A stretch of 64,000 bases of DNA. Origin: a virus. The translations under genes and the position numbers were made by a program. How positions within the stretch are numbered: the stretch's first letter is position 1; every line of letters begins with the position of its first letter. The notes beneath the pieces were generated by a model that saw only the letters and a list, made by a program, of their open reading frames with translations, was not told where the DNA came from and ran no database searches. This document shows positions 18,076 to 26,087 of the stretch, piece by piece. Location of the stretch: IMG/VR virus record IMGVR_UViG_3300042541_001760, positions 53,689 to 117,688 of that record. One strand, written 5' to 3'.

Positions 18076-18468
18076 GGGTCCAAAATTGGTATCGACTGGC
18101 ATAGTTGGATATTAAGAGCATACCGAGGCTGAGTTAACCTTGTAAAACTGACTTAAACCGATATACGGCAACGTAATCAACAAACTTTCGGCAGTCGGAC
18201 TTGTTCGCACTTCTGAAACCGTAGCAGTAGCCTAAGGCGAATCTACAACGGGTCGGCGTACATACAACCTAGGAACAGAAGTACTTGCAAAAGGTGTGGT
18301 TTCTATCTAAAAAGAAACATGTGGAGGATTAGTTCTCAGTAAACCGAACCACTTTAAAAATAAGGGAATTGTGAAGTTTCGGATTGGTTAGAAAACCAAT
18401 GTCCTATGTATGTAGAACTTAGTAATCAATATGAACAACACGAGGGTTCGAATCCCTCTGGATCCACC
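18076..18468 (+). ncRNA. ssrA: tmRNA (transfer-messenger RNA)
   Basis: The 5' end GGGTCCAAAATTGGTATCGACTGG resembles the E. coli tmRNA 5' end GGGGCUGAUUCUGGAUUCGACGGG. GCATACCGAGG matches the conserved GCAUGCCGAGG. The 3' end carries the T-arm GAGGGTTCGAATCCCTC and the acceptor strand TGGATCC-A-CC, which pairs with the 5' GGGTCCA. That pairing includes a G3:U70 wobble, the alanine identity element. An internal tag frame ends ...SETVAVA-TAA at 18233-18235. The element lies in a 500-nt ORF-free gap and is followed by a T-run. Confidence 0.7.
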
Positions 18469-18503
18469 TCTAAACCTCATCAGAAATGGTGGGGTTTTTT
18501 TAT

Positions 18504-18845
18504 TTAATAAAGATTAGTTATCCAGTTATATCTTGACTCAATCTTAGGTAAGTATCTATCTAATAAAAAATTATATATTTCATCAGACGGAAATTCGTCT
18601 TGACCCCAATTTGATAAATCTCCGTGATACTCGTCAATAATACCATTTATTATACGTCTTTTAAAATCATCAAATTCCATCCTATTACCATCTCTAAGTT
18701 CTCTTAAAAAAATATCAGTAACGTAATTTAAATTATCTAGTATGTCACTATCTAATGAACTAATATCAACTCTTCTACGTAGAAAAGAAGATTCATTAAT
18801 CCCCATCACTTCCTGTATCCTCTGTATATTTTCTTGTAGATTCAT
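18504..18845 (-). CDS. Leader-family protein (MNLQENIQRIQEVMG N-terminus)
   Basis: 113 aa. Conserved N-terminal 15-mer shared with 20289, 20605, 21462 and 22235. A TATAAATAT box abuts the start codon. Confidence 0.6.
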   Translation of the reverse strand: MNLQENIQRIQEVMGINESSFLRRRVDISSLDSDILDNLNYVTDIFLRELRDGNRMEFDDFKRRIINGIIDEYHGDLSNWGQDEFPSDEIYNFLLDRYLPKIESRYNWITNLY

Positions 18846-18860
18846 AACATATAAATATTA

Positions 18861-19580
18861 TCACACATTGATAATTTTCCATTTCCCTTTGAAGTCCTCA
18901 ACCAAACAAGTTGAATTCTCGCAAAAGTCGCCTGAGTTCATATAATCATCGGTTAATTTTGGGTAATGGATATGTCCACATACGGTAACATCATACCCCT
19001 TTTCTTTTGTTAGTGATTTTGCGTTATCTTCAAAATCAGATACAAAATTAATTACACCTTTAACGCTTTGTTTTACCACATTAGCCAATGAATGGTATGG
19101 TAAATTAAACCATCTCCTTATGTAGTTATATAGGGTGTTGAATCTAATAACAAAATCATACGACCACCCACCGATAACCGCCAACCATCTGGCTTCCATA
19201 ATAACAAAATCCAATACATCCCCGTGATAACAATAATAACTACGACCATCGGCTCCGATATGGACATATTTTCTTACAATCTCTATATTATTTAATGTGA
19301 ATGGTATGAACTCCTTTAGAAAGTCATCGTGATTTCCTCTAATATAAATTACCTTAGTTCCCTTCTCACTTCTTTTCATAAACTTACGAAATATCTTGGA
19401 GCAGTTGTTATTCCATTTTCCCCCACTTTTTAACGCCCATCCATCAATAATATCACCATTTAAAATTAATGTTTCAGATTCGTTCTCTTCCAAAAACTTT
19501 ATAATTTTATTGGTTTGTGATTGTCTTGAACCAAGATGTAGATCACTCATTATTATCGTTCTCCACTTTTTCATTTCCAA
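18861..19580 (-). CDS. Calcineurin-like metallophosphoesterase, LpxH-like (UDP-2,3-diacylglucosamine diphosphatase family)
   Basis: 239 aa. Motifs SDLHLG, LNGDIIDGW, IRGNHDDFL and YHGDVLDF parallel the LpxH motifs DLHL / GDLFEAWIGDD / HGNRDFL / HGDTLCTDD. Confidence 0.65.
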   Translation of the reverse strand: MEMKKWRTIIMSDLHLGSRQSQTNKIIKFLEENESETLILNGDIIDGWALKSGGKWNNNCSKIFRKFMKRSEKGTKVIYIRGNHDDFLKEFIPFTLNNIEIVRKYVHIGADGRSYYCYHGDVLDFVIMEARWLAVIGGWSYDFVIRFNTLYNYIRRWFNLPYHSLANVVKQSVKGVINFVSDFEDNAKSLTKEKGYDVTVCGHIHYPKLTDDYMNSGDFCENSTCLVEDFKGKWKIINV

Positions 19581-20317
19581 TATCCTTTATCGTTTTTGAA
19601 GTATGATTTGTTATTGTGGTTGAAGAATGAGTTAATCATTAATTTTATCATATACATAACACCTTTATTTTTAAATCTTCTTGGTGGTGTATATACTATA
19701 TTATTTATTCTACCGAACTTATTAGGTTTAATTTGTTTTGATAAAATATAATCCTCGGCGACTTTTACGTCCTCATCAAACCCCCCTATTAACTTAAATG
19801 TTTCGGATCTAATCAACATAAAACCACCAAGACAAAATGGTGTAATCCATTTTGAAAGTGATTGTATTACATCAAATGACTTGTATATGTAATTGTATTC
19901 ACCATTGTCAGTCCTGAACTTCGTGGTTACCAAATCTAAGTTATTTTTATGTATTTTTTTTATTGATTGTGTTAGTATTTTTGCATCCAATAGAAACACA
20001 TCAGAATCCATAAATAATACATAGGGGGTTTTTACTATTTTGAATCCTTTATTTCTGGCTATCCCCGGTAATCCACCATCAATTATTATTAAATCAAATA
20101 GGTCTTTATTATGTGTTAATCTATTAATTAATGATTCATAGGTAACCGAATCGTTTGATGAATCACAAACTATAACATTTACTCCGGTTACGTTCCTCTG
20201 ATAATTTAATAAATCTAATGTTTTTAAAATAACATCTTTTTCATTTTTACAAGGAATTACTATTGTGATTAAATTTTTTAAATCCATATTAATCAATTCC
20301 CAATTTTTCCTTAACAT
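19571..20317 (-). CDS. Glycosyltransferase family 2
   Basis: 248 aa. ITIVIPCKNE...VIVCDSSNDS...IIIDGGLPGIARNKG...LFMDSDVFL (GT-A fold with DXD). Overlaps the downstream gene by 10 nt. Confidence 0.75.
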   Translation of the reverse strand: MLRKNWELINMDLKNLITIVIPCKNEKDVILKTLDLLNYQRNVTGVNVIVCDSSNDSVTYESLINRLTHNKDLFDLIIIDGGLPGIARNKGFKIVKTPYVLFMDSDVFLLDAKILTQSIKKIHKNNLDLVTTKFRTDNGEYNYIYKSFDVIQSLSKWITPFCLGGFMLIRSETFKLIGGFDEDVKVAEDYILSKQIKPNKFGRINNIVYTPPRRFKNKGVMYMIKLMINSFFNHNNKSYFKNDKGYWK

Positions 20318-20594
20318 ATTTAATCATAGGTTTTTCATACATTAAATATGAATCCCAATATTGTTGTTCCGTTCCTGTATCATTAATATCGCTAAAATTT
20401 TTTGTGGCTATGAATTGTCTTACCGTATCATAAATTGCGGTGCTCAAACTTTCACCCTCCTCTATTTGGTCTTTAATATCTTTAATCAGGTCATCTAGTT
20501 CGTCAATATCAAATCTCCTCTTGAACCACGGACTAAGATTTTCATTAAGACCCATCATTTCCTGTATCCTTTGTATGTTTTCTTGTAGATTCAT
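20289..20594 (-). CDS. Leader-family protein (MNLQENIQRIQEMMG)
   Basis: 101 aa. Conserved leader followed by an acidic body. Confidence 0.55.
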   Translation of the reverse strand: MNLQENIQRIQEMMGLNENLSPWFKRRFDIDELDDLIKDIKDQIEEGESLSTAIYDTVRQFIATKNFSDINDTGTEQQYWDSYLMYEKPMIKYVKEKLGID

Positions 20595-20604
20595 ACGTTA
20601 TAAC

Positions 20605-21459
20605 CTAAGCAAAATTATTTAATGATGAAGAATCATTATTTTTATTCATAGCAACAGTATTCATTAAATCAATAAAATTATTCATCTTTTCTTGGTTAGT
20701 TCCTTTTAAAGATTTAAAAATGTCTTGATAATGTACGTTTTTTAATATAGTTGGATTTTTAATCATTTTATTATAATCATCTTTAGTAAATTGTTTTTTC
20801 CCCGCATCGTATATACCTTGTTGATTTAGTAAATACCTAATTGGTTGGATTCTATTAATAAATTCACTTGGGGTTGATTCATAATCAAAAACCTTATCAC
20901 CGATTTTATAATTGGGGTATTTTTTATCACCTCCTTGGGTATACTTATAAATTTTTTCTTTTGTTGATTGTGGTATTCTTGAACCTCCGTCATCAACCAG
21001 GTGACCAAATTCATGAGCCGGTATAGTTTCATATCCGGTAACTGGATTCCAATTTTTTGGATTATACTCTTTTTCAAAATACACATGACCTTTCTTATCA
21101 TAACCTTTTGCATCAGGAGTCCATTTATTTTTTTTCCATTTTTTATCTAAATAATCATAATACTCACCCTCATAATTTTTAGGTATCATTAACCCTGATA
21201 CATATCCCGGTTCTTTTGAGATAGCTCTTACGAAGTGTGTTTGGTCTTTAACATTATCCAAATTTTTTAATCTCTCTTTTCTTTCTTTTTCTATAAAATC
21301 TTGAGGTTTATTAGGAAATTCTTTTTTTAATCTTTCTAAGTACATTGTCGAATTTAAATATGATTTCCACCACTGTAGTTGTTTGTCGAATTCACTGGTG
21401 GTTTGCTCATTTAAGCCCATTACTTCTTTAATTCTTTGTATGTTTTCTTGTAGGTTCAT
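20605..21459 (-). CDS. Leader-family protein with HExxH zinc-metallopeptidase motif
   Basis: 284 aa. MNLQENIQRIKEVMG leader. C-terminal AHEFGHLVDDGG (HExxH). Confidence 0.6.
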   Translation of the reverse strand: MNLQENIQRIKEVMGLNEQTTSEFDKQLQWWKSYLNSTMYLERLKKEFPNKPQDFIEKERKERLKNLDNVKDQTHFVRAISKEPGYVSGLMIPKNYEGEYYDYLDKKWKKNKWTPDAKGYDKKGHVYFEKEYNPKNWNPVTGYETIPAHEFGHLVDDGGSRIPQSTKEKIYKYTQGGDKKYPNYKIGDKVFDYESTPSEFINRIQPIRYLLNQQGIYDAGKKQFTKDDYNKMIKNPTILKNVHYQDIFKSLKGTNQEKMNNFIDLMNTVAMNKNNDSSSLNNFA

Positions 21460-21461
21460 AA

Positions 21462-22238
21462 CTATTTTTTAGGAGTTGGGATTTTAGTGTCTTTTATAAA
21501 TTTTCCATACGCATTTTTATATGACTTTTGCGTTTCATCATTTACGTTTTTGGTGTATTGCCAATTCCAATATAAATCTTTGTTTGGTTTGAATCCATAA
21601 AATTTATGAACTTCCTTTTGGGTTGCAGTTACATTCTCACCATTCCAATTCTGACCGACACAAATAAAACCTGTCTCAATATCTTTAATAATGTTTGATT
21701 CACCCAATGTTGTATGTCTATTTTCTAACCAATTCAATCTCTCAATTAAGTTTTGGTAATACATATTGGTCTGACCCCATCTTATAGAACTGAAAAATAA
21801 AACAACATCCGATTCAAATAACTCTTTGGATATCTTCCATAATTCGTCTGAGGGTTCATTTATATTAACCCAACATCTATGATCACCTGACGGGTTTTTA
21901 TCTTTGTCTTTAAGTTTGGCTTTTAATAATCCACAAGAGTTTCCGTCTTTTCTTGATACATTACCTTCACAGGGTAAAATTTTAAGTTCTGGTACATCTA
22001 TCAATACTGACTTATCACCTAATTGGTCTTTTAAATACATCGCAATCATTTTTGATTTTGGTATATCAATATTCTTATCATCCCAATTATATCTGTTTGA
22101 GCAACTTAATAATAAAACTTTTTTTTTCTTTTTTAGAATATCTAATGTTTTCTCAATTGATTTCCATGCGTCCGATTGAACCATTTCTTCCGAAATCATC
22201 ATCTCTCTTATTCTATCTATATTTTCTTGTAGGTTCAT
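21462..22238 (-). CDS. Leader-family protein (MNLQENIDRIREMM), possibly flavodoxin-like body
   Basis: 258 aa. Leader present. The body (VLLLSCSNRYNWDD...DVVLFFSSIRWGQTN) is of unknown fold. Confidence 0.55.
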   Translation of the reverse strand: MNLQENIDRIREMMISEEMVQSDAWKSIEKTLDILKKKKKVLLLSCSNRYNWDDKNIDIPKSKMIAMYLKDQLGDKSVLIDVPELKILPCEGNVSRKDGNSCGLLKAKLKDKDKNPSGDHRCWVNINEPSDELWKISKELFESDVVLFFSSIRWGQTNMYYQNLIERLNWLENRHTTLGESNIIKDIETGFICVGQNWNGENVTATQKEVHKFYGFKPNKDLYWNWQYTKNVNDETQKSYKNAYGKFIKDTKIPTPKK

Positions 22239-22756
22239 TTCTTTGTCTTTTTTACGCAGTTAGGGTATCTTTTACCAAACATTGTCTTCATTCCTTTTTG
22301 GGTGTATCCTGCCCAACATTTCTCTGTGAGTTCCCCTTCTTTCATTTCAGACATTTCATCAATTTCCTCCGAATAATCCTCATTCTTTAAACAATGATAT
22401 TCGTCACCAACATTTTGGAATAATTTACCTTTAAATTTGTCCGCATATTTCTCATTTAGATATTCTATTAGTAAATTATTAAATTCATCCAAATTTAATA
22501 ATACCGAATCTGAGTAAGCCCTAAGTTTCCTATAAGGACCGCACTCTGTTACCCATAAAACACCCCAATCATTTCTATGGAATACGTCTTTATCTTTTTT
22601 ATTATACCATTTACCATATACGTAATTCTTATCACCATATTCAACTTTTAAATCTAATTCGTTAAATACTCTATCAAAGCGACTAAACAGAAAACTTCTA
22701 ATTTTTTCTTCTTTGGTTTCCCTCAATACTCTTCTTATGGTTTCTTGTAGATTCAT
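22235..22756 (-). CDS. Leader-family protein (start moved to internal Met giving MNLQETIRRVLRE)
   Basis: The track ORF starts at 22780 (MFMLYLLHM...). The conserved leader and the nucleotide repeat begin at the Met at 22756. Overlaps the upstream gene by 4 nt. Confidence 0.5.
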   Translation of the reverse strand: MNLQETIRRVLRETKEEKIRSFLFSRFDRVFNELDLKVEYGDKNYVYGKWYNKKDKDVFHRNDWGVLWVTECGPYRKLRAYSDSVLLNLDEFNNLLIEYLNEKYADKFKGKLFQNVGDEYHCLKNEDYSEEIDEMSEMKEGELTEKCWAGYTQKGMKTMFGKRYPNCVKKTKK

Positions 22757-22779
22757 ATGTAATAAATATAACATAAACA

Positions 22780-22840
22780 AAAAAAGGTCGTCACAGGGAC
22801 AACCTTTAAGGGTATTGGTTTTGGTGAATTGGATTTTTTT
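22780..22840. repeat. Conserved intergenic stem-loop element, copy A
   Basis: AAAAAAGGTCGTCACAGGGACAACCTTTAAGGGTATTGGTTTTGGTGAATTGGATTTTTTT. Near-identical in layout to copy B at 24330-24390, with compensatory changes in the stem. Confidence 0.5.
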
Positions 22841-22850
22841 GTTTTCTATT

Positions 22851-22862
22851 AGTATTTATATG
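22851..22862 (+). promoter_or_regulatory. Putative -7 promoter box (AGTATTTATATG)
   Basis: 15 nt upstream of ATG 22877. Confidence 0.35.
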
Positions 22863-22876
22863 TTATATTTAATTTT

Positions 22877-24331
22877 ATGAAAATATTAGTATCGGAAAGT
22901 CAATACAAAAGATTAGTTGAGAGTTTATTAGATGAATCCATTTTAATTATAGGTGATAGTCATAGCGTAGATGCAGGATTCACTTACTCAAGTTTATTAA
23001 AGAAAAAATTTTCGGATGTAAAAATATCAGCATCGGTTGGCCAAGGAACATCTTGGATGAAATCAGAATTAGCTAGAGAGTTAACCAAAAAACATTACGA
23101 TAAAGTTATAATTTGGGGTGGGAACAACGATATTGGTTCAACCTCCTCTATATCTGGAGCAATATCAAACATACAACAAATGGTTAATATGGTTAACTCA
23201 CAAGACGGTCAATCATATGTAATCATTGGTTTTGACCAAGAAGTTTTTACCAAAAAAGTAAAAAATAAAATGAGAGAAAGATATATAGATTTGCAAAAAC
23301 AGTTATCTAGTGAGATAAGTAATGCCGTAATAATTCCTGCCTTTGATATTGATAACTCTTACACATCAGATAATGTACACGGAAATAAGAGTGCTCACGA
23401 AAAAGTTTTTAGAACCGTTACGGAGTATCTACAAAAAACAACACAAAAAGAAAAACAAAAAGATGAAAGTAAAAATTCTGAAACGTTAATGTCAAGATTA
23501 GAAGATTATTTGGATTCTGGTTTAGAATTAGTTGCAAGAAAACGAGGTTCAATGGTTTATGAAAAAGAAGTTGAGGATATACAAACCGCTCTCCAATTTT
23601 TAGGGTTTTCTTTACCTAAGTGGGGTGTAGATGGAAAATTTGGGCCAGAAACAAAAAAAGCAACTGAAAACTTCCAAGAAGAAAATGATTTGGAAGTGAC
23701 AGGAATTTTTTCAATCAAAGATTTTGAAAAACTTATTGATGTTTTGGAATCAAAGGGTGTTACTGATGAAGATTTCATGAATGTTCAGAAAAACAAAACA
23801 GAAGAGTTATCATCAGATTTTGAATCGACGGATTTTGAAACAATTGAAAATTCTGGAATTCAAGTTAGTAAATACCCAAATGATATCGAAAATAGATTAC
23901 AGGATATTTTAGGTAAAGAAAAATTCAATATATTTGTTTCCAAGTGTCGAGGAATTGGGTTAGACCCTTTGATTGCAATTAGACAACTTTATACAGAATC
24001 TGTCGGTTTTAGTCCTGACGTTTTGACTTGTAAAAGAAAATCACCTGCGGGAGCCATGGGAATTGCTCAATTTATGCCGGGTACTTGGCCAAGTTATGGT
24101 AAAGGTAGTCCATGCAATGTCGATGACGCATTGGACGCTTATATTAGGTTTATGGATTATTTACTAAAAAGATATGAAGGTCGAGTAGATCTGGCAGTTG
24201 CGTCATATAATAGTGGTCCAAACTTAAATATATATAAGAAAACATATAACTCAAATACACCTTTCGCATCACTTAAAGGTAAAATACCAGGAGAAACATA
24301 TAAATACGCATCCACAATTCTACAAGCATAA
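22877..24331 (+). CDS. Three-domain lysin: SGNH/GDSL esterase, PG-binding domain, lytic transglycosylase (SLT)
   Basis: 484 aa. SGNH blocks IIGDSHS (I), IIWGGNNDIG (III) and DNVHGN (V). PG_binding_1-like IQTALQFLGFSLPKWGVDGKFGPETKKATENFQEEN. SLT motifs LYTESVGF (catalytic Glu), AMGIAQFMPGTW and VASYNSGP. The N-terminus MKILVSESQYKRLVESLLDES is leader type b. Confidence 0.85.
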   Translation: MKILVSESQYKRLVESLLDESILIIGDSHSVDAGFTYSSLLKKKFSDVKISASVGQGTSWMKSELARELTKKHYDKVIIWGGNNDIGSTSSISGAISNIQQMVNMVNSQDGQSYVIIGFDQEVFTKKVKNKMRERYIDLQKQLSSEISNAVIIPAFDIDNSYTSDNVHGNKSAHEKVFRTVTEYLQKTTQKEKQKDESKNSETLMSRLEDYLDSGLELVARKRGSMVYEKEVEDIQTALQFLGFSLPKWGVDGKFGPETKKATENFQEENDLEVTGIFSIKDFEKLIDVLESKGVTDEDFMNVQKNKTEELSSDFESTDFETIENSGIQVSKYPNDIENRLQDILGKEKFNIFVSKCRGIGLDPLIAIRQLYTESVGFSPDVLTCKRKSPAGAMGIAQFMPGTWPSYGKGSPCNVDDALDAYIRFMDYLLKRYEGRVDLAVASYNSGPNLNIYKKTYNSNTPFASLKGKIPGETYKYASTILQA

Positions 24332-24390
24332 AAAAAGGGTTATCACCGAAGTAACAACCCTTTAAGGCTATTGGTTTTGGTGGATGGGTT
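24330..24390. repeat. Conserved intergenic stem-loop element, copy B (probable bidirectional terminator)
   Basis: AAAAAAGGGTTATCACCGAAGTAACAACCCTTTAAGGCTATTGGTTTTGGTGGATGGGTTT. The stem AAGGGTT/AACCCTT replaces AAAGGT/ACCTTT of copy A. Lies directly after the lysin stop codon. Confidence 0.5.
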
Positions 24391-24702
24391 TCCAATAAAC
24401 CCAAGTGTAATGTTAGTGACACATCACTCTCGATACGTTCGACCACGAGACGGATATTTTAATCGGTTAACTAAAACCAATGATTCTGTCCTTTTTGTTA
24501 ACTCTAAAGGACAACGTGAGTAACATATCATCTCACGTATTAAAGAGTAACGATTTTTTTGTTTTACGGGTATGGGGTGTAAAACTATTTAAACCATCGA
24601 AAAAAATAAAAGACCCCACAGAATAAATTTATTTAATCTTTTAATTTAACCTCCTAAAGAGACGGCTTTATTCTATATTCCGTCAAAAAAACGAGTCACT
24701 TG

Positions 24703-24777
24703 TTGCGGGAGCAGGAATCGAACCTGCGTGGTTGAGCTTATGAGACTCAGCTGGATCCGTCTCCAGTCTACCCCGCC
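24703..24777 (-). tRNA. tRNA-Met (CAT), initiator-like acceptor stem
   Basis: Reverse complement GGCGGGG-TA...CTCATAA...GCAGG-TTCGATT-CCTGC-TCCCGCA-A. The acceptor closely resembles E. coli tRNA-fMet (CGCGGGG/CCCCGCAA), including a 1:72 mismatch. Anticodon loop CTCATAA. The D-arm is irregular, so the call needs tRNAscan. Confidence 0.55.
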
Positions 24778-25794
24778 TTGGCTTACGTTGAGATTACACG
24801 TTTTAGTAGAAATCTTTGATGGGATTATTGTTTCCCCACGTATCCACCATCTTTTGAATGGTAATTTCCAGTGATGGTCTTTTAGGTGTACCACTCCTTG
24901 AATTTCTAACTACTCTCCTACTAATCCGTTCTCTTCAAACTTGCGGTCTGATTAGGTCTTCGACAACCTAGAGATTTTTCATAAGAATACATTCTGACTT
25001 GCGGTCTTCGTGTGCAATGGACATCCCATTACTATGTAATCACCTTTCGTTAGAAACTGATAGACACTTTTGCTTTCTTTTTAAATTTTTAGTAAAAAAA
25101 TCGAGTTATGTGTTGTGGATGTATCAAAGTAGTGGTCTACCGTAAGCTTCGTCGTCTTTTGAACAACAAAATACTAAACTACTTCGTGAAGTGTCCCCAC
25201 CTCCATACTTTAAGATAACTTCGTAACAAGATTTTGGTAAATCTTTGATAAGGACAGTAGCGACACCACTCGTTCTCTATCTTACCTTTCGGTTTTAAGT
25301 TATCTTTCATATTGGAACACGCAATTGTATCGTTGGAGCGATAGTTCTCGCAATATTCCTATGGGTTATTCTTATTGGTGTTCCCACCTCAACTTGACAA
25401 TCCACATTGCCTTGTCACCCAACCACTTTCTCTAAAGCGTCGCCCTCAATACTGAAGGTCAGGTGATATCCCACTTGTGTACTCAAGTTCAGTTACCTGA
25501 ACCGCAAACTCACTTACACTTGTGAATCCACTTTATCCTACTTTCGTAGTTTATTTAACGACCATACACGGCCGACTATCTTTATGTTTTACCGAAATAA
25601 AACAATGGATAATATTTTTTATGTCAAAGAACAATAATCATTTTTACTAATTAGAACTATGCTACTGACGGCTTAATTAGGGGTTCTCACCGCTCTAAAA
25701 TGTCAGGTTCACACCAGACCTCCTTTTCTAATTGTTTGACAAAGGTAGTAAATAAATTTCATTTGTCAAGCAATTTTTTAATTTTTTTTCGTCA

Positions 25795-25845
25795 CCCCCA
25801 CCCTATTAAACCTAAACTTTATAACTTAAATACTGATAGGGTGGG
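25795..25845. other. Perfect 11-bp stem-loop (CCCCACCCTAT ... ATAGGGTGGGG) with 29-nt loop
   Basis: Seen directly in the sequence at the edge of the ORF-free region. Preceded by a T-run. Confidence 0.5.
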
Positions 25846-26087
25846 GTAACTCTCAAATCTTTTACAAATGTAGGAAGAATTTTCGTTACTTCCAAATTTA
25901 TTTTATGATTTTTTATGATATTTTTAAAGAACTGATTTGAATCAAATGTCTGTCTCAAATCCTCTACAAATGTAGTAATAAGTTTTTGAATTACCAAACC
26001 ATAACCGGAAATTATTTTTAGAATTGACTTTATGGTTTATTACATCTATATTCTGGTACGTTAATAAACCATTAAAACTAATTAAAA

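Noticed and set aside
24673-24894. 73-aa minus ORF
   Set aside because: It overlaps the tRNA-Met-like gene (24703-24777) on the same strand.
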